Below are positions 43,829 to 47,322 of a stretch of 47,322 nt of DNA, piece after piece (position 1 is the first letter of the stretch; every line of letters starts with the position of its first letter). The translations under genes and the position numbers were made by a program. The stretch is from Verrucomicrobiota bacterium (lineage in GTDB: Bacteria > Verrucomicrobiota > Verrucomicrobiia > Limisphaerales > JADJPG01): positions 1 through 47,322 of the forward strand of contig JBEEGQ010000425.1 of assembly GCA_041166945.1 (NCBI GenBank), read 5' to 3'. Below the pieces are notes generated by a model. The model ran no database searches, was not told where the DNA came from, and was given only the letters and a program-made list of their open reading frames with translations.

Positions 43829-45048
43829 ACTTCAAATCCAACCAGTCTCCGGCAAACGACGCCCAAACATGTTGCCAACGATTGCACCGGGGGCTCCCAA
43901 GGCCGGAGATGATTATCTTTTGGATCGCGATGGCGGGGTTTGTCGCCGGATGCTCGCGCGGATCCGAGAAACCGGCACCCGGTCGGGGCAAGGGAATGCC
44001 TGTGCCGGTCACAATCGCGACGGCCGTGCAGACCAATTTCGCGGTGCAGTTACAGGCGATTGGCGCCATACGTCCCCATGCGACAGTTTCAGTGAAACCG
44101 CGTGTGGATGGGCAGTTGGGGCAGATTGGGTTCAAGCAGGGCCAGGAGGTGAAAGAGGGCGACTTGATTTTCCAGATCGAACCGCGCGCATTCGAAGTGG
44201 CGCTGAAGCAATCCGAAGCTGTCCTCGCCCGCGATGTGGCATCGCTTCAAAACGCCGAGGCCGAGATGCGGCGGACTGATGAGCTGGCGAACACGAAAGC
44301 TATTTCCGCATCGGCGGTGGATGTGAACCGCGCGAAAGCGGCCTCCTTGCGCGCGACAGTGGAAGCGGACAAGGCGGCGGTGGAAATCGCGACGGTGCAA
44401 CTCTCCTATTGTTCGATCCGCTCCCCGATCACGGGACGGATGGGGCTGCTGCTCGTGGACAAGGGGAATGTGGTCAAAAACGGGGAGACCATTCTCGCGG
44501 TGATCAACCAGACCCGGCCGATTTACGCGGATTTTTCAATTCCGCAGCGCTCGCTTCCAGAGGTTCGCGAAGCGATGGCCAGCGGCGCGCTGGCCGTGGA
44601 AGCGCAGCCGCCCAACGACGGAACCCGCCCGGCGACCGGTCAACTCGAGGTGATCAACAACCAGGTGGACAGCTCGACAGGAACGGTTTTGTTGCGAGCC
44701 GTTTTTCCGAACCCGGCTGAAACTTTATGGCCGGGCCAGTTCGTGAACGTCGTGTTGACGCTGCGCCAGATGACCAATGCGATCACCGTGCCGTCAGCGG
44801 CCGTGCAAAGCAGCCAGAACGGCGAATTCGTTTATGTGGTCAAGCCTGATTCCACGGTTGAGAAACGGCCGATGGTTCTCGGGCCAGTCCGTGGCGGCCA
44901 ATCGGTGGTGCAATCCGGCGTGAGCGCCGGGGAAACGGTCGTTACCGACGGCCAGCTGCGATTGGTGCCGGGATCGACGGTGGCGACCAAAGGACTGGCG
45001 CCGGCGTCGCGCGGCAACACCAACGCGCCTGGAGGACCGCGCCCGTGA
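43825..45048 (+). CDS. RND efflux periplasmic adaptor (membrane fusion protein, MdtA/AcrA-like)
   Basis: ATGA overlap with the OMF stop. An alternative start at ATG 43909 gives a lipobox 'MIIFWIAMAGFVAGCS'. 'GDLIFQIEPRAFEVAL', 'YCSIRSPITGRMG', 'VPSAAVQSSQNGEFVYVV'. Confidence 0.9.
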   Translation: MNFKSNQSPANDAQTCCQRLHRGLPRPEMIIFWIAMAGFVAGCSRGSEKPAPGRGKGMPVPVTIATAVQTNFAVQLQAIGAIRPHATVSVKPRVDGQLGQIGFKQGQEVKEGDLIFQIEPRAFEVALKQSEAVLARDVASLQNAEAEMRRTDELANTKAISASAVDVNRAKAASLRATVEADKAAVEIATVQLSYCSIRSPITGRMGLLLVDKGNVVKNGETILAVINQTRPIYADFSIPQRSLPEVREAMASGALAVEAQPPNDGTRPATGQLEVINNQVDSSTGTVLLRAVFPNPAETLWPGQFVNVVLTLRQMTNAITVPSAAVQSSQNGEFVYVVKPDSTVEKRPMVLGPVRGGQSVVQSGVSAGETVVTDGQLRLVPGSTVATKGLAPASRGNTNAPGGPRP

Positions 45049-47322
45049 ATCTTCCGGAGCTGTTCATCCGCCGGCCGGTGATGACCACGCTGGTGATGTC
45101 GGGCATTCTGCTGTTCGGACTCGCCGGCTACCGCTACCTGCCCGTCAGTGATCTCCCAAATGTTGACTACCCTACGATTCAGGTGTCGGCGGGGTTGCCC
45201 GGGGCGAGCCCCGAGACGATGGCTTCGGCGGTGGCAACTCCGCTGGAGCGGCAGCTTTCCACGATCGCGGGCATCGATTCGATGTCCTCGGTGAGCGCGC
45301 AGGGTCTGTCCCAAATCACGATCCAATTTTCGCTGTCACGAACGCTGGACGCGGCAGCGCAGGATGTGCAGTCCGCGATTTCAAAAGCCTCGCGGCAGCT
45401 GCCGCCCGGGATGCCGACGCCGCCGACGTTCAACAAGGTCAATCCCGCGGACCAGCCGATCCTGTTTGTCGCGCTGTCATCGGACACGCTGCCGCTTTCG
45501 ACGGTGGATGAATATGCGCAGACGCTGATGGCGCAGCGCATCTCGATGGTGAACGGGGTCGCGCAGGTTTCGGTGTTTGGCGCGCAGACCTACGCGGTGC
45601 GGGTGCAATTGGATCCGAATGCGCTGGCGAGTCGCGGCATTGGGATCGACGAGGTGCATAGCGCGATCGCGGAAGGGAACGTGAATCTTCCGACCGGAAC
45701 CCTTTACGGCCCGAGCCAGGCGTTCACGGTCCAGGCCAGGGGCCAGTTGTTAAAGGCGGCCGATTATCGCCCGCTGATCGTGGCGTATCGCAACGGGCAG
45801 CCCGTGCGGCTCCAGGAGCTGGGACGGGTGCTGGACAGCGTTCAGAACGACAAGATTGCCAGCTGGGTCAACGGCACGCGATCCATTGCGCTTTCGATCC
45901 AGCGACAGCCGGGCGAAAACACGGTCCGGGTGGTGGACGATATTCGCAAATTGATGCCGACATTTCGCGCGCAACTCCCGGCGTCGGTCAACTTCGAGAT
46001 TCTCTACGACCGTTCGCAAACGATCCGCGAGTCGGTTCATGACGTGGAATTCACGCTCGGACTGACGGTGTGCCTGGTGGTGATGGTGATCTTCCTGTTC
46101 CTGCGAAACCTCTCGGCGACCATCATTCCCAGCCTGGCGTTGCCGATGTCGATCATCGGCACATTTGCGGTGATGTACCTCCTCGGCTACAGCATCGATA
46201 ATCTTTCGCTGATGGCACTGACCTTGTCGGTGGGGTTCGTGGTGGATGACGCGATCGTGATGCTGGAAAACATCGTCCGCTACATCGAGGCGGGAGACCC
46301 GGTCTTTGAGGCAGCATTGAAAGGGTCGAAGGAAATTGGGTTTACCATCGTCTCGATGACATTGTCGTTGTCGGCGGTGTTCATCCCGGTCCTTTTCATG
46401 GGCGGCATCCTGGGCCGGCTTCTGCATGAGTTTGCGATGACGATTGCGGTGGCGGTGCTCGTCTCGGGTTTTGTGTCGCTCACTCTGACGCCGATGCTAT
46501 GCAGCCGATTTGTGCGCGCGCAGCAGGATGTGCGTCATGGCCGCATCTACCGTGTCACCCAGCGGGTCTTCGATGGCATGTTGCACACTTACGACTGGAG
46601 CCTCCAGCGGGTGCTCCGGCACCGGCTGTTGACAATGGCGGTGTCCGCGCTGGTGCTGGCCGGCACAGTCTACCTGTTCATCGCGATCCCGAAGGGCTTT
46701 TTTCCGAGCGAAGATACCGGCCAGATGTTTGCGGTGACGGAAGGGGGCCAGGATATTTCGTTTGAATCCCTGGTGAAACATCAGCAGGAGGTGATGCGGA
46801 TCCTGGACCAGGAAACCAACATCCTGAATTACACCTCGTCGGTGGGCGCGAGCGGTCCGACCACCACACCGAACAACGGACGAATTTTCATCCGGTTAAA
46901 GCCGAGGTCCACGGGCCGGCCGCACGTGGATCAACTGATCCAGCGGCTCCGTCCGAAGCTGGCGTCCATTCCGGGAATGAATGTGTTCGTTCAGAACCCG
47001 CCACTCATCCGCATTGGTGGCGCCATCACGAAAAGCCTGTATCAATTCACCATTCAAGGACCGGACCTGGGTGAACTTTATCAGTGGGCGCCCATCGTCC
47101 AGTCGAAAATGGCGGCGCTTCCAGGTTTCCAGGATGTCTCGACGGATCTGCAAATCGCCAGCCCGCAGGTGTTGGTGGAAATTAACCGGGACCAGGCGAC
47201 AGCGCTGGGAGTCACCGCCGACCAGATTGAAAATGCGCTTTACGACGCGTACGGATCGCGGCAGGTCTCGACCATTTATGCGCCCGTGAATCAATATTGG
47301 GTGATTATGGAGGTGCTTCCCG
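45045..47322 (+). CDS. RND efflux permease (AcrB/MdtB/MdtC family), 3'-truncated by the window edge
   Basis: It is not in the ORF track because frame 3 stays open to the window end. GTG 45045 overlaps the MFP stop (GTGA). My translation: 'MNLPELFIRRPVMTTLVMSGILLFGLAGYRYLPVSDLPNVDYPTIQVSAGLPGASPETMASAVATPLERQLSTIAGIDSMSSVS..', and the last codons give '..YAPVNQYWVIMEVLP'. Confidence 0.9.
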   Translation, partial: MNLPELFIRRPVMTTLVMSGILLFGLAGYRYLPVSDLPNVDYPTIQVSAGLPGASPETMASAVATPLERQLSTIAGIDSMSSVSAQGLSQITIQFSLSRTLDAAAQDVQSAISKASRQLPPGMPTPPTFNKVNPADQPILFVALSSDTLPLSTVDEYAQTLMAQRISMVNGVAQVSVFGAQTYAVRVQLDPNALASRGIGIDEVHSAIAEGNVNLPTGTLYGPSQAFTVQARGQLLKAADYRPLIVAYRNGQPVRLQELGRVLDSVQNDKIASWVNGTRSIALSIQRQPGENTVRVVDDIRKLMPTFRAQLPASVNFEILYDRSQTIRESVHDVEFTLGLTVCLVVMVIFLFLRNLSATIIPSLALPMSIIGTFAVMYLLGYSIDNLSLMALTLSVGFVVDDAIVMLENIVRYIEAGDPVFEAALKGSKEIGFTIVSMTLSLSAVFIPVLFMGGILGRLLHEFAMTIAVAVLVSGFVSLTLTPMLCSRFVRAQQDVRHGRIYRVTQRVFDGMLHTYDWSLQRVLRHRLLTMAVSALVLAGTVYLFIAIPKGFFPSEDTGQMFAVTEGGQDISFESLVKHQQEVMRILDQETNILNYTSSVGASGPTTTPNNGRIFIRLKPRSTGRPHVDQLIQRLRPKLASIPGMNVFVQNPPLIRIGGAITKSLYQFTIQGPDLGELYQWAPIVQSKMAALPGFQDVSTDLQIASPQVLVEINRDQATALGVTADQIENALYDAYGSRQVSTIYAPVNQYWVIMEVLP

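Overview
This 47.3-kb window comes from a high-GC chromosome that looks Verrucomicrobiota/Planctomycetota-like. That assignment is an inference from three things: prepilin-type N-termini such as '[25 protein letters not shown]' with DGSV/H-X9-DG-like tails, giant BatA_N/VWA membrane proteins, and palindromic intergenic repeats.

Layout:
- (i) 1-15.4 kb is a cell-surface/secretome cluster. It holds a P-domain/Calx-beta protein, three paralogous phosphodiester glycosidase (NAGPA/DUF2233-like) genes interleaved with two pseudopilin-like genes, a CotH kinase-family gene, and two BatA_N-VWA giants.
- (ii) 15.4-15.9 kb is a dense palindromic repeat cluster.
- (iii) 15.9-22.2 kb is housekeeping-like: a SAM methyltransferase, a coiled-coil HlyD-like adaptor, a prenyltransferase-repeat protein, purD, and an S41-like protein whose catalytic dyad appears lost.
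- (iv) An initiator tRNA-fMet(CAU) sits at 22248-22324 with a terminator. It is followed by a visibly less GC-rich, mosaic accessory island of about 10 kb (22.4-32.3 kb).
- (v) 32.4-47.3 kb is core-like: a stand-alone ATP-dependent DNA ligase, a Pao-type TAT-exported molybdo-aldehyde oxidoreductase (three subunits), a BNR-repeat protein coupled to a TAT-signal protein, and a TetR-OMF-MFP-RND efflux operon that runs off the window.

The island contains orphan ORFs, a truncated HNH_2-type endonuclease N-terminal fragment, and a translationally coupled TcmP / three-Cys (CxxxCxxC) radical-SAM pair in which tcmP carries one in-frame TGA. It also contains a delta-60-repeat gene fragment, an ISKra4-family transposase split at an A9 run, a type I R-M hsdM C-terminal relic coupled to a four-helix-bundle protein, and a NUDIX-like gene.

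The best candidate for an undescribed system is the TcmP/radical-SAM module and its co-oriented orphan neighbours in the tRNA-linked island. The second candidate is the phosphodiester-glycosidase/pseudopilin/CotH surface cluster.

All family assignments are from motif reading of the supplied translations. No database search was run.
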